A stretch of 63,939 nt of DNA, counting the filler, from Chiloscyllium plagiosum (taxonomy: Eukaryota), in the NCBI RefSeq assembly GCF_004010195.1. It is 6 parts of one record of this genome, joined end to end, with 100 filler letters (N's around TTAATTAATTAA, not from the genome) between each part and the next. Parts side by side here need not be neighbours in the genome. Positions count along the whole stretch, not along the records: positions 1 to 12,737 come from NC_057714.1; positions 12,838 to 34,796 come from NC_057714.1; 4 more parts are not named here. The stretch is one strand, 5' to 3'. Position 1 is the stretch's first letter, and the number at the start of each line of letters is the position of its first letter. The position numbers were made by a program, and so were the translations under genes. The notes under the pieces were generated by a model. The model did not search any database. It saw nothing but the letters and a program-made list of their open reading frames with translations, and had not been told where the DNA came from. Shown piece by piece: positions 1 through 13,051 of the stretch.

Positions 1-15
1 ACTACCTCAGTGGAA

Positions 16-738
16 TCAATTTAGGTAAAGGGGCAGTACAAAGGGATCTTTGTAGTCAATGAAGGTAAGCATGCAGGTACAGCAGGTAGTGAAGAAGGTT
101 AAATAGCACGCTGGCTTCATAACAAGAGGGATTGAGTATAGAAGCAAAGAGGTTCTTGTGCAGCTGTACAGGGCCCTGGTGAGACCACACCTGGAGTACT
201 GTGTGCAGTTCTGGTCTCCAAATTTGAGGAAAGACATTCTGGCTATTGAGGGAGTGCAGCATAGGTTCATGAGGTCAATTCCTGGAATGGCAGGATTACC
301 TTACACTGGAGCGACTGGGCTTGTATACCCTTGAGTTTAGAAGTCTGAGAGGGGATCTGATTGAGACATATAAGATTATTAAAGGATTGGACACTCTTGA
401 AGCAGGAAACATGTTTCCGCTGATGGGTGAGTGCCGAACCAGAGGACACAGCTTAAAAATACGGGGTAGACCATTTAGGACAGAGATGGAGAAACTTCTT
501 CACCCAGAGAGTGGTGGCTGTGTGGAATGTTCTGCCCGAAAGGGCAGTGGAGGCCCAGTCTCTGGATTCATTTAAGAAAGAGTTGGATAGAGCTCTCAAG
601 GACAGTGGAATCAAGGGTTATGGAGATAAGGCAGGAACAGGATACTGATTAAGGATGATCAGCCATGATCATATTGAATGGTGGTGCAGGCTCGAAGGGC
701 AGAATGGACTACTCCTGCACCTATTGTCTATTGTCTAT
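16..738 (+). mobile_element. CR1-clade LINE, 3' fragment (RT C-terminus, 3' UTR, CTATTGT tail)
   Basis: LYRALVRPHLEYCVQFWSP and LRGDLIETYKIIKGLD motifs; ends in (CTATTGT)n repeats. Confidence 0.92.
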
Positions 739-759
739 TGTTTGGAATTAGAGCCCTGA

Positions 760-2074
760 TTATTTAAACACAGCAAAAGGTTTAGACAAATTGTTAACAT
801 TCATGAACAAATTTATCAAAGGATGATTTATTGACTGCTTATGAGATATGGTCAGATTTTGACAAATTTAGGCAGACAGAGGATAGTACCATAGAAGAGT
901 ACATAATGGAATTCAGTAGATTCTATGCACGACTGCAGAAAAGTCATTTAGAAATTTCCCAGTCCATGCTGGCATTTAAGTTATTGGGTGAAAGTGAGGA
1001 CTGCAGATACTGGAGGTTAGAGTCAAGAGTGTGGTGCTAGAAAAGCACAGCAGATCAGGCAGCATTTAAGTTATTAGACTGTGCCAAAACTATGGCCAGA
1101 CTTGTAATTTTGATGACAGTTAACTTTGCGGTTAAACATGCACCACTAGAACAAATATTGGAAAGGTTAAAACAATTCCTGGTTGAAAAGTGTAGCACTG
1201 AAAAGCACAGCAGGTCAGGCAACATATGAGGAGCAGGAGAATTGACATTTCAGGCATAAACCCTTCATCAGGAAGGACTAGTTTGAAAAGCAAGTTTGAA
1301 AATAAGTTTGGCTTTGTTAGCAGCCAATGTCTGGTAGTATGGACCAACTAATAGTAAAGTTGAATTTCTACAGGCAGAGCAACTCCAAAGGGAAATGTTT
1401 CCTCGTCTTCCAAAAGAAGCACCAAATGTAGCGGGAATACTTTGGAAATGAAATAAATGTGTCTGGGGCCTAAATGATGCTCTGGAGTTTTGTAATTCTC
1501 AGTAAGGTCTGTCTTATTAACATTGGGCTGCCTTTATTGCATGTAGACCCTGCTGCCATCAGGAGGAGCTGCTTTCAGATATCTTTATGATGCAGATAGA
1601 AGATTATGTTCAAGGGTAGAAGGAATGATCTTGGAATCGGTGTCATAACTGGGGATTAGAGCAGAATTCTAAATTGGAAGACAGACTACTGGGACTTTTT
1701 GGTATGTAGGATTGGAAATCAGGCAGAATGGATCAATGTTCACACTATGCTATTTGGAAAATGTTATCTCAATTGCTGTTAGTCAAAGTAGGGCCTCACA
1801 AATGGTAAAGTGGCTTCAAAACCTGAAATGTAGGAATTGTGAAGTCTAATTGAACAGCTGAATTGGCTGGGCATCAAAACAAAGCCAGCTGCCAATTTTT
1901 GAGATGAGTACAATCGTGAAAACTCCCAACACGAAAAATATTATTTGAATGAACAAAACAATGGACAATTAAAAATGGAGCATTATGTTTTGAAGTTTCC
2001 ATCATTAGAACATGCGAGCACTGTGAAACTTCTTGTTTTTAGTGATGCTTCTTATGTAATCAATGGCTTTTTTA
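760..2074 (+). mobile_element. Decayed Ty1/Copia LTR retrotransposon (GalEa-like): gag, RT and start of RNase H
   Basis: gag-like AYEIWSDFDKFRQ..IEEYIMEFSRFYARLQK..LAFKLL/DCAK. RT-like FLQAEQLQREMF..PKEA (~1365), NKCVWGLNDA (~1455) and SLIEQLNWLG (~1845). RNase H LLVFSDASY (~2030). Many stops and frameshifts. Confidence 0.8.
986..1061 (-). mobile_element. Short Penelope-like terminal-repeat fragment inserted in Copia gag
   Basis: Same sequence family as 12509-12590. Flanked by the 14-bp TSD GCATTTAAGTTATT (972-985 and 1062-1075). Confidence 0.8.
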
Positions 2075-3550
2075 AAAGCCACAGAAAATGGGGGAGAAAC
2101 TAAATGAATATTTTGCATCAGTATTTACTGTGGAAAACGATATGGAAGATATAGACTGGAGGGAAATAGATGGTGACATCTTGCAAAATGTCCAGATTAC
2201 AGAGAAGGAAGTGCTGGATGTCTTGAAACGGTTAAAGGTGGATAAATCCCCAGGACCTGATCAGGTGTACCCAAGAACTCTGTGGGAAGCTAGAGAAGTG
2301 ATTGCTGGGCCTCTTGCTGAGACATTTGTATCATCAATAGTCACAGGAGAGGTGCCGGAAGACTGGAGGTTGGCAAACGTGGTGCCACTGTTTAAGAAGG
2401 GTGGTAAAGACAAGCCAGGGAACTATAGACCAGTGAGCCTGACCTCAACGGTGGGCAAGTTGTTGGAGGGAATCCTGAGGGACAGGATGTACATGTATTT
2501 GGAAAGGCAAGGACTGATTCGGGATAGTCAACATGTGGAGTGCCACAAGGATCGTTGCTGGGTCCTCTACTTTTTGTCATTTACATAAATGATTTGGATG
2601 TGAGCATAAGAGGTACAGTTAGTAAGTTTGCAGATGACACCAAAATTGGAGGTGTAGTGGACAGCGAAGAGGGTTACCTCAGATTACAACAGGATCTTGA
2701 CCAGATGGGCCAATGGGCTGAGAAGTGGCAGATGGAGTTTAATTCAGATAAATGCGAGATGCTGCATTTTGGGAACGCAAATCTTAGCAGGACTTATACA
2801 CTTAATGGTAAGGTCCTGGAGTGTTGCTGAACAAATAGACCTTGGAGTGCAGGTTCATAGCTCCTTGAATGTGGAGTCGCAGGCAGATAGGATAGTGAAG
2901 AAGGCGTTTGGTATGCTTTCCTTTATTGGATAGAGCACTGAGTATAGGAGTTAGGAGGTCATTTTGTAGCTGTACAGGACATTAGTTCAGCCACTTTTGG
3001 AATATTGCATGCAATTCTGGTCTCCTTCCTATCGGAAAGATTTTGTGAAACTTGAAAGGGTTCAGAAAAGATTTACAAGGATGTTGCCAGGTTTGGGGGA
3101 TCTGAGCTACAGGGAGAGGCTGAACAGGCTGAGGCTGTTTTCCCTGGCGCATCGGAGGCTGGGGGGTGACCTTATAGAGGTTTACAAAATTATGAGGGGC
3201 ATGGATAGGATACATAGGCAAAGTCTTTTCCCTGGGATCGGGGAGTCAGAATTAGAGGGCATAGGTTTAGGGTGAGAGGCGAAAGATATAAAAGAGACCT
3301 ACGGGGCAACATTTTCACACAGAGGGTGGTACGTGTATGGAATGAGCTGCCAGAGGATGTGGTGGAGGCTGGTACAATTGCAACATTTAAGAGGCATTTG
3401 GATGGGTATATGAATAGGAAGGGTTTGGAGGGATATGGGCCAGGTGCTGGCAGGTGGGATTAGATTGGGTTGGGATATCTGGTTGGCATGGACGGGTTGG
3501 ACCAAAGGGTCTGTTTCCATGCTGTACATCTCTATGATTCTATGACTCTA
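2075..3550 (+). mobile_element. CR1/HER1-type LINE, 5'-truncated, internally deleted RT
   Basis: [33 protein letters not shown] and KFADDTK motifs; (CTATGAYT)n tail. Interrupts the Copia RNase H. Confidence 0.95.
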
Positions 3551-3645
3551 AGTGCAGTAGGGTTTATAATTTCTTTCACAGCCAAGAGAGGTAATGTTTG
3601 CCCTTTGGCTTAGGAAGCTGTAAATATCAGAAAATTAGTAATTTT
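3551..3645 (+). mobile_element. Continuation of Copia RNase H after the CR1 insertion
   Basis: Reads SAVGFIISFTAKRGNVCPLA*EAVNIRKLV, the expected continuation of ...FSDASY..NGF. Confidence 0.7.
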
Positions 3646-3828
3646 TTTTCCCAGCCACGAGAATGAGAGGTTCAAGAACAGTACAATCTGGAATATGCTC
3701 AGTTTTGGAAAAATTGAAAGACAGATTGTCTGGCCTTGCTTGATGTTTAGAATGTGAATTCTTCAAGGGCTACCATTTGTAAGGGAATGAAGTTTCTGGG
3801 ATCATAAGGCAATGAAACACGGGGTAAC

Positions 3829-3962
3829 ATTGCCCATAGTGTTAGGTGCATTAGTCAGAGAGAAAAGGGTCGGGATGGGTTACTCTTCAGAGGGTCGGTG
3901 TGGTCTGGCTGGGCCGAAGGGCCTGTTTCCGCACTGTAGGGAATCTAATCTAATCTAATCTA
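3829..3962 (+). mobile_element. HE1-type V-SINE, 3' part
   Basis: GGGTCGGTGTGG..GGGCCGAAGGGCCTGTTTCC tail followed by (AATCT)n. Confidence 0.8.
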
Positions 3963-4270
3963 AAACAGAAATGGGATCACTATCTCTAAAAAAGAAAAAG
4001 AGGCCAATCCTTCTGGGGTTCGAATTTAGAGAACTCATGCAGACCCAGAGTTCTGTAAGAGGTCTGTTGGGCTGTACAAAAGCTCCATTAGATCATATGG
4101 GAGGGGACAACCTGGATCTTGAGGCATAGGTTCAAGCAACTGCTTTATCCTGACAAATCTCCCCAGGCAGGATTGTAGTGTTGCTGGTAATGGACTGTTA
4201 ATCAACAAGCTGAAAATGTATTGCTGGAAAAGCGCAGCAGGTCAGGCAGCATCCAGGGAACAAGAGAATC

Positions 4271-4298
4271 GACGTTTCGGGCATAAGCCCTTCTTCAG
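4271..4298 (-). ncRNA. Minimal type I hammerhead ribozyme core in a PLE terminal repeat
   Basis: Minus strand reads CUGAAGA-A-GGGC(UUAU)GCCC-GAAAC-GUC. Confidence 0.7.
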
Positions 4299-4302
4299 GA
4301 AT

Positions 4303-4492
4303 CCAAATGAGTTTCTCCGAAAATCAACAACAGTTTCGTGGTCATCATTAGACTCTTAACCCTAGATTTTGTTTTTAATTAAATACAAATTTGACCATCT
4401 GCCATAGCAGAATTCAAACCTGGGTTTCCAGAACATTACCAGGGTCTCAGGGTTAACACTGCAGCGATAATACCACAAGGCCCCTGCCTCCT
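4303..4492 (-). mobile_element. tRNA-headed SINE / LINE 5' segment (family of 24503 and 30252)
   Basis: Homologous to 24503-24700. Degenerate A box and GGTTTGAATTC B box on the minus strand. Confidence 0.7.
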
Positions 4493-5229
4493 CTACATCT
4501 CCTGACAGTGCAGCGAGAAATGTCAACATGTGTGAGGTGCTCAGGTACTAAAGTGGGTCTTGAACTCTTAACCGCTGTCTCAGGGAAAGTGTGCTACCAC
4601 TGAGATAAAGGACAATTTCCTCCATGTTTAGGTCTTCCGCGGCGTTGGAAAGTTTGACTTTGAAAGATAAAAACCCATGACAATTCTGCAAATCCCTGCC
4701 TTTGATCAGTGTCATTAAATAATACAGCAGATGCCCACAGAACGTGATTTGAGACTGCGGTGTTATTCACTCCATTGTCACTGCTGTTTTCCAACAGCTC
4801 AAAGTCATTTAATAACTGAGTCATTTGTCTCAGTCAAATCCATCGAATTCAGCACCGCCTTCCTAACCTGAGATCTTCTTCCCGCCCTCTCCGCCCCCAC
4901 CCCAGTCTGACCTATCACCCTCACCTTGACCTCTTTCCACCTATCACATTTCTGACGCCCCTCCCCCAAGTCCCTCTTCCCTACCTTTTATCTTAGCCTG
5001 CTGGACAAACTTTCCTCATTCCTGAAGAAGGGCTTATGCCCAAAACGTCGATTCTCCTGTTCCCTGGATGCTGCCTGACCTGCTGCGCTTTTCCAGCAAC
5101 ACATTTTCAGCTCTGATCTCCAGCATCTGCAGACCTCACTTTCTCCTGTTAATCAACAAGCCCTTCTAATCCAGACTCGATGGGTGGAATAGCCTGCTTC
5201 TGCTCCTACATTTTCTGGTCTTACCCCTG

Positions 5230-6285
5230 TTCCACCCAAAGAGTCTGCTCTGCCACTCATTGAGATCACAGTTGATTTGATCATCCTCAACTCCACTTTG
5301 CATTTTACCCATAATCTTTGATTCCCTGACTGATTAAAAATGTCTCTCTCAGATTTGTACATACTTAAGGACCTAACATCAATAGCCCTCTGCTGTAAAG
5401 AATTCCAGAGATTTTCTCCTCCCTCAAAGAAGAAATTCCTCCCCTGTTTTAAATGTGTGAATCCTTCTTCTGAGATTATTCCCTCTGGTCCTACATTCTC
5501 TCACAAGGAGAAGCAATGTCTCTGTATCTAGACTGTGAAGTCTGCAAGAACCTTTAATATTTTAATAAGATCACCTCACATTTTTCTAAACTTTAATGAG
5601 CACAAGTTCAATTTACTCAACCTCTCCTCATAAGGCAGTCACTCTGTACCTGGGGTCAGCATAATGAACCCTCTCTGGATTGCCTCCAATACCAGTACAT
5701 CTTTCTCTAGAGAAAAGGCCCAAAACTGTTCAGAGTATTCCAACAGTGATCTATCTAGTGCCTTATATAGTTTTAGCAAAACCTCCCTAATTTAATATTC
5801 CATTCCCTTTGAAATATAAAATGCCAACTTTCTATTTGCTTTCACTATTACCTGCTGAATGTGAATGCTAGGTTTTTGTGATTTATACATCAGAACTCCG
5901 AATCCCTCCGTGCTGTGGCATTCTGTTGTCTTTCGCCATTTGAATAAATATTCAGCTTTAATATTCTTCCTGCCAAAGTGTATAACCTCACATTTTGCTT
6001 TGTTATGTTCCTTCTGCTAACTTTTTGCACACTTATTTAACCTGTCCATATCCTTCCGCAGTCTTGCCTCCTCACCACTTGCCTTCCCACTTATTTTTCT
6101 TTTACAAACTTGGATATAGTACATTTATTTTCCTCACCCTGATTATTAATCCATATTGTACTTACATACTGTACTTGCAGTCCTGGCACTGATCACTGTG
6201 GCTTTCCTCTAGTTACAGGTTGCCATCCTGAAAATGGCCGCCTTGTTCCCACTCTGTCTTCCATTATTTAGCCAGTCCTCTATGG
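5230..6285 (-). mobile_element. Old degenerate CR1 LINE 3' region
   Basis: Decayed reverse complement of the LEYCVQFW / RGDLIE segments and a CR1 3' UTR. Confidence 0.7.
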
Positions 6286-6492
6286 TAGGGCAAGAAGCTG
6301 GCTTATGCAGTAGAGTTAATTGTGTTAATGGAAAGACACCTCACTGCAGTGGAACTGATTAACATTCCCCAGGCCACACAACCTTGAATCAATAAAGGCA
6401 AAAGAACAGGACTGTATTTGAGGATGATAAAACTCCAGCCAGGTAAGGGGATGCTGAGGAATGGTAAAGGGCAATGAATGAAATCATGAGAT

Positions 6493-9275
6493 AGAACAAC
6501 AAAGAACAAAGAAAATTTATAGCCCAGGAACAGGCCCTTTGGCCCTCCAAGCCTGAACCAATCCAAATGTACTGTCTAAACCTGTCGGTCAATTCCTCAG
6601 CATCTGTATCCCTCTGCTCCCCACCTACTCATACATCTGTCCAGACGCATCTTAAATGAATCTACCATGCCTGCCTCTACCACCTTTGCTGGCAACGCAT
6701 TCCAAATGCCCACCATCCTCTGTGAAGTACTTACCTTGTGTATCCCCCTTAAACTTTCCACCTCTTACCTTAAAAGCGTGACCTCTTGTTATTGACTCCT
6801 TCACCCTGGGAAAAAGCTTGTTTCTATCCACCCTGTCTATACCCATCATGATTTTGTAAACCTCAATCAAGTCCCCCCCCCCATCTCCTTTTTTCTAATG
6901 AAAATAAGCCTAACCTACTCAACCTCTCTTCATAGCTAGCACTTTCCATACCAGGCAACATCCTCGTAAATCTTCTCTGCACCCTCTCCAAAGCATCCTT
7001 TTGATAATGTGGCGACCAGAACTGTACACAGTATTCTAAATGTGGCCGAACCAACATCCTGTACAATGTTAACATAACTTGCCAGCTCTTATACTCAATA
7101 CCCCGTCTAATGAAGGCACGTATACTATATGCCTTCTTGACCACTCTATCCACCTGTGCAGCAACCTTCAGGGTACGATGGACCTGCACTCCCAGATCTC
7201 TCTACCCATCAACTTTTCCCAAGGCTCTTCCGTTCATTGTATAATTCGCTCTAGAATTAGTTTTGCCTAAATGCATCACCTCACATTTGTCTGGATTGAA
7301 ATCCATCTGCCGCTTTTCCACCCAACTCTCCAGTCTATCTATATCCTCTGTATTCTCTGACAGTCCCTTATGCTTTCTGCTACTCCACCAATCTTTGTGT
7401 CATCTGCAAACTTGCTGATCATACCAACAGTGCCCTCTTCTAGATCATTTATGTATATTACAAACTACAGTGGCCCCAATACTGACCCCTGTGGAACACC
7501 ACTGGTCACCTTTCTCCATATTGAGAAACTTCCTTCAACTACTACTCTCTCTCTCCTGTTGCTCAACCAGTTCTTTATCCACCGAGCTAGAACACCCTGC
7601 ACCCCATATGACTTCACTTTCTCCATTAGTCTACCATGGGGAACCTTATCAAACGCTTTACTAAAGTCCATGCATATGACATCAACTACCTTCCTTCATC
7701 TATCAACTTGGTCACTTCCTAGAATAACTCTATTAAGTTGCTAAGGCACGATCTCCCCCGCACAAAACCATGTTGCCTATCACTGCAAAGCCCATTCTTT
7801 TCTAAATATAAATAGATCCTATCCCTCAGTACCTTCTCCAGCAACTTTCCCACCACTGACGTCAGGCTCACTGGTCTGTAGTTACCCAGAATATCCCTAC
7901 TAGCCTTCTTGTACAGGGGGAAAACATGAGCAACCCTCCAGTCCTCCGGCACCTCACCTGTGTTTAAGGATGCCACAAAGATATCTGTCAGGGCCCCAGC
8001 TGTTTCCTCTCTCACCTCCCTCAGCAACCTGGGATAGATCCCATCCAGTCCTGGGGATTTGTCCACCTTAATAACTTCTAGCCTACCCAACACATCTTCC
8101 CTACTTATGTCAATGTTATCCAGACTAATCAAACTTCTCTCTCTAATTTCAACATTCATCATGTTCCTCGCCTCAGTGAACACTGATACAAAGTAATCAT
8201 TCAGAATCTCACCCATTCTCTCAGGTTCAACACACAGCCTTCCTTCATTATCCTTTAGTGGACCAATCCTTTCTCTAGATACCCGCTTGCTTCTTATATA
8301 AGAATAAAATGCTTTGGGATTCTCCTTAATTCTGCTCGCTAAAGTCATTTCATGACCCCTTTTAGTCCGCTTGATTCCTCGTTTAAGACTTATCCTACTC
8401 GTCTGATATTCTTCCAGGGCCCGTTCTGTTCTTAGCTGCCTAGACCTTATGTACGCTTCCCTTTTCCTCTTGGCTAGTCGTACAATTTCTCCTGTCATCC
8501 ATGGTTCACGAATCTTGCCCTTCCTATCCTTTGCCTTCAACGGGACATGCCTATCCTGCACTATCTTTGAAAGCCTCCCACATCTGAAATGTGGACTTCC
8601 CTGCAAATAGATATGTGTCCAATCCACATTTCTGAACTCCTGCCTAATTTTGATATAATTGGCCTTGGCCCAGTTTAGTACTCTTCCCTTAGGACCAATC
8701 TTTTGTTTATCTATGAGTATTCTAAAACTTACAGAATTGTGGTCACTGTTCTCAAAGAAATCCCCCACCACAACTTCTACCACCTGACCTGGCTCGTTCC
8801 CCAGTACCAGGTCCAATATGCCCCCTTCCCTCATCGGAATATTGACATACTGCTCTAGAAAACTCTCCTGGACACTTCTTACAAATTCTACCTTATCCAG
8901 ACGTTAAGTGTATCCCAGTCAATGTTGGGAAAATTAAAATCTCCCATCACCACTACCTTATTGCCTCTACATCTTTCCATAATCTGTTTATCGATTTGTT
9001 CTTCTACCTCACGCTTACTGTTGGGAGGCCTGTAATACAGCCCCATATTTCTCTTCTTATTTCTCAGCTCCACCCATAACGCCTCACTACCGAAGACCTC
9101 CATAGTGTGCTCCTTTAGCACAGCCGCGATTTCGTCCTTGACCAGCAATGCAACTCCATCCCCTTTTACTTCCCATTCTGTCCTGTCTGAAGCATCTATA
9201 TCATGGAACATTTAATTGCTAATCATCATGCCCTTCCTTCAACCAAGTCTCTGTGATTGCAATAACGTGTTACTG
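6493..9275 (-). mobile_element. CR1 LINE ORF2 (APE endonuclease plus RT), frameshifted
   Basis: ORF pieces carry YYRPPNS, VMGDFNFPNIDW, ILDLVL..SDHN, YRPVSLTS, DFSKAFDKVPH and GVPQGSVLGP; AACAAAG-type tail at 6495-6512. Confidence 0.95.
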
Positions 9276-12200
9276 CAAATCCTGGAGTAATCAGGAAAAT
9301 GTACTGTTGGTACAAGTGCAATGAATGGGTGCATCTAGTGACTTGTGGACTAAACCAGGAACAGTCCATGTAATACAACTTAGAGAATCTTAGGATGCCA
9401 ACAGGTTTTATTCAGGTTAAGTGGTGAACCTTGAGACATGATGGCCATTCACCCTTCCTACAACCAATAAAGACTGATAGTAAAGATATGATGCTTTACT
9501 GACTTGGAGAGTACATTAATTCAGGTATTCTGGACTTTTGTGTGATGTGCATGTCTGAACCATATGGATAAAGTGGGAATAAAGTTTATGTATAAGGACG
9601 TATTTTAATATCCTAACATCTAAACTGGAAGATACATGAAGAGAGGTGTTTGGAATTTCCACTGGGTGGTATCCAAACTTCCTTGAGCTGTAGTACCCAG
9701 CTCAGATTTCCAGGGTTTCATACCTGAGCTGAAGAAAAGGTCAGCATGAGGACCTTATATTTTAGAAGTTGTTAATTATGCTATTCAAGAAATCGAGGTG
9801 ATTCTAGTCAGGAACACAACCAATTTTGCCAGTTGCTTTCAACTGAGTTGGTGAAGCTGATATCTACTTCTGTGATGTTTGATTGAGAGATAATCTTTTT
9901 TAAAATAGTGTCATGAATCTTTTGTTCATGTCCAAGAGAAAAGGACCTCTGATAATGTCTCAATCAAAATGTAGACTCTCCAACAGCATAGTATGTAGAG
10001 TTAAGAGATTGATATCAGGGGCATAACTGATAATAATGTCATAATCACACATGAATAGATAAAGAGATCTTGAAGGAAGCAGTTACTGTAAAACCATGCA
10101 CAGATGTAGCTGTAAATAAAGAGTTCTTGCATGAAAAAAGACTTTGGACGTAAGCCATGCACTCCTATGAGGCTAAACAGTGCGAAAGTTGAGCTACACA
10201 ACAAACATAGCACCTCCACAGTACTGTATTGAAGTATCAGGCTGGATTTTTGTAATCAATTCTTTGAGTGAGATTTGAACTCAGAACGTTCTGGATCATT
10301 GAGCAGCAATAGACAACCTCAGAGAAAAAAAGCCTGAGCAGATCTACAGTACCGTGTCAACATTCTGAAGGAGAAATGGAAAGAGATAGAGAGGCTTTCC
10401 CAGGAGTGGAGAAAGTACTAAACTGACTCAAGAGACACAGAACAGTGTACCTCTCCAGTGAGCTGACTGAAGTACTGTGAAAACTGGCCCCATGACATGA
10501 TACACCAGAACAACATTCACATCTCGATCCAGGAGGACAAGTGTGATCTATCGTAACCTGGTGATACCACTCAGAGACACTTTAACAGCAGCATTTAGTT
10601 AATCCCAGAAACCAAATGCAGAGAAGTTAGCCAAGAGATTCCTCGATCTTTGCCACTGGTGTGATTGAAGAATCACTTAGTGAATGGGGTCATCATTATC
10701 AACATCATCATCATCATCAGCATATGTATTCTGCCATATTAGGAAGGTCTTTGATGCATTATTTGTTGGTGCTTCAGCCGGAGCCATTTTTCTCAGCCGA
10801 CTGAACTAATGAGCCTCCAAGAGCAAATGAAGAAACCCCTCTGTGTGAGTCTCTGAACTTAAAAATGACAAACCTATATGTTTTTCAAAAACTGAATGTG
10901 ATATTTAGTTATTTCTGTACATTTTCTAGTTGATGTTAGTTACATGAAAAAAAACAGAACATAAAATTCAAGTCACAATGGAGGATACTATTTCTGACTT
11001 CCAGGTTTTGTTATTGCACAGTAGAATGTCAGGAAAAGTAATACAAATACCACATAAATGAAGCAACTATCACCACTTAATCCAGAAAGATAGCCATTGA
11101 AAGACAAGTTCTCTCTTATATTGAAGTAGATTAAATCTGCCCTTAAAAAATTGTGATATCTTCTAACTAGGTGCAGTGAAGTGCTATCAAGTAAAGGTGA
11201 ACTTATTGGGTTAATGCTTTTTTTCCATTTCCCAGAATCCTTATTGCTAGCATCTACCAGAAAATGTTCGGATAGTTTGTAGGGGACAAGTGAACTGAAA
11301 CAATAAGCTCACCAAGTTAGGACAAGAATTCTCCAGTTGGCTGGTAGAAACAAACCTCTCATTTCATACCTGTAAGGGCTAATAATTCATCTTACTGAGG
11401 AAGACAGGGAAGGAATCATATTATACAAGTTTGACCTCCCCTGCCACTTTAATCACTGCTTCAAATAGAAGTAAAGTAAATCATTTTCCTAACAGCAGTT
11501 TGGCAATACTAATATTAATTCTAAAAGCATTCATCTCAGTTTCTGAATAGATATAAAAGTGTAGTTAAGCAACAGGATTTCTAAGAAGCCATTAATCAAA
11601 GGCAAGAGGTAATAACTGTGATATATGTCCAATTCATTCAGAATATTTTAAAATTGACAGAGGACACACATGGTATTCATTTTAGTTATTTTTATGCTGA
11701 ACATTCTTTTAGATTTAGTCATTATTTTGATGTTTCAATGTCCAGAATGTGCCAGAATGGTTTTGAGTGTAATGCATGAAGATTATATCAAGGCATTTTT
11801 CATCAACCAGTGATTTTAAAAATATATGCATGCAGTCACGCAGCATTGCTGAAAACACACTTGTGAAATACTCCTATTTGTACTCATTTTTGAAAGAGCA
11901 CAATTATTGAAAGGCTTGCCCTTTCAAATGGATCCTTGAAAATCAGAACAGTCCTTTCACATCAAATGACTAAACTTTTGCAGAGTGGCAATGTCTCGAA
12001 AATAACTTTATTTTCAGATGAGCAAACAACTTCTGAAGTCCATTCACTTGAATGAAAGTAACTGGCAAAATTATTGTCTGATGAAAGCCTGAAACTCAAC
12101 TCTGTTCCTCCTTACATTGAAGCTGCTTAACCTGCTGAGTACTTCCAACATTTTACAGTTTTATTTTCCAGTTTCCTACATCTGCATTTCTTTGCATTTT

Positions 12201-12606
12201 TAGCAAAGTGTTGTTGTTGGCTGGTAAACTTCAGCACTGATCATCACACAGTTCTGCATTTTTTTAATGACCTGGGAATGATCAAGTAATGAAAATACTT
12301 TTAAATTTGATCATGAATTCAAAGTAAATTATAATATCAGTATTAAGAAATAAAAATAATGGCAGAAGAATGGGTTCAGCAATGAGAATCCTATCCATTC
12401 ACACAGGAACAGGATTCAATAGAGGCCGGATTGATAGAAAGTAAATGTTGCTTTTCTCTGATTTAAAGTTTCCCAAGTGAAATAATGTTGGGCATCTTCA
12501 ATTCAGTGAGGAGAAAGTGAGGACTGCAGATGCTGAAGATCAGACCTGAAAATGTGTTGCTGGTAAAGCGCAGCAGGTCAGGCAGCATCCAGAGAACAGG
12601 AGAATC

Positions 12607-12634
12607 GACGTTTCGGGCATAAGCCCTTCTTCAG
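12607..12634 (-). ncRNA. Minimal hammerhead ribozyme core (PLE)
   Basis: CUGAAGA-A-GGGC(UUAU)GCCC-GAAAC-GUC on the minus strand. Confidence 0.7.
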
Positions 12635-12737
12635 GAATGAGGAAAGTTTGTCCAGCAGGCTAAGATAAAAGGTAGGGAGTCTTAGCCTGCTGGACAAACT
12701 TTCCTCATTCCTGAAGAAGGGCTTATGCCCGAAACGT

Positions 12738-12837
12738 NNNNNNNNNNNNNNNNNNNNNNNNNNNNNNNNNNNNNNNNNNNNTTAATTAATTAANNNNNNN
12801 NNNNNNNNNNNNNNNNNNNNNNNNNNNNNNNNNNNNN
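12738..12837. other. Assembly gap with artificial TTAATTAATTAA linker
   Basis: N44 + TTAATTAATTAA + N44; identical at all five gaps. Confidence 0.97.
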
Positions 12838-13023
12838 AAATCCATCGAACTCAGCACCACCTTCCTAACCTGCAATCTTCTTCCCGCCCTCTCCGCCCCC
12901 ACCCCAGTCTGACCTATCACCCTCACCTTGATCTCTTTCCACCTATCACATTTCCGACGCCTCTCCCCCAGGTCCCTCCTCCCTACCTTTTATCTTAGCC
13001 TGCTAGACAAACTTTCCTCATTC

Positions 13024-13051
13024 CTGAAGAAGGGCTTATGCCCGAAACGTC
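13024..13051 (+). ncRNA. Minimal hammerhead ribozyme core (PLE)
   Basis: CTGAAGA AGGGC TTAT GCCC GAAAC GTC. A second plus-strand copy at 12711-12737 is cut by the gap. Confidence 0.7.

Larger units (their letters stand above)
4209..5145. mobile_element. Penelope-like insertion with inverted terminal-repeat arms (4209-4302 and 4836-5145) enclosing non-PLE DNA
   Basis: The arms are reverse complements of each other. 16-bp direct repeat CTGTTAATCAACAAGC at 4195-4210 and 5146-5161. Confidence 0.8.

Noticed and set aside
7719..8834. Longest ORF (371 aa) as a host gene
   Set aside because: It is part of a frameshifted CR1 ORF2.
10300..10720. Possible coding segment ending in (CAT)n
   Set aside because: No sustained open frame on either strand; more likely a decayed retroelement 3' end with a microsatellite tail, too degraded to classify.
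12782..12793. TTAATTAATTAA palindrome, recurring five times
   Set aside because: It is always centred in a 100-bp N run and gives stops in all six frames, so it is an artificial linker.
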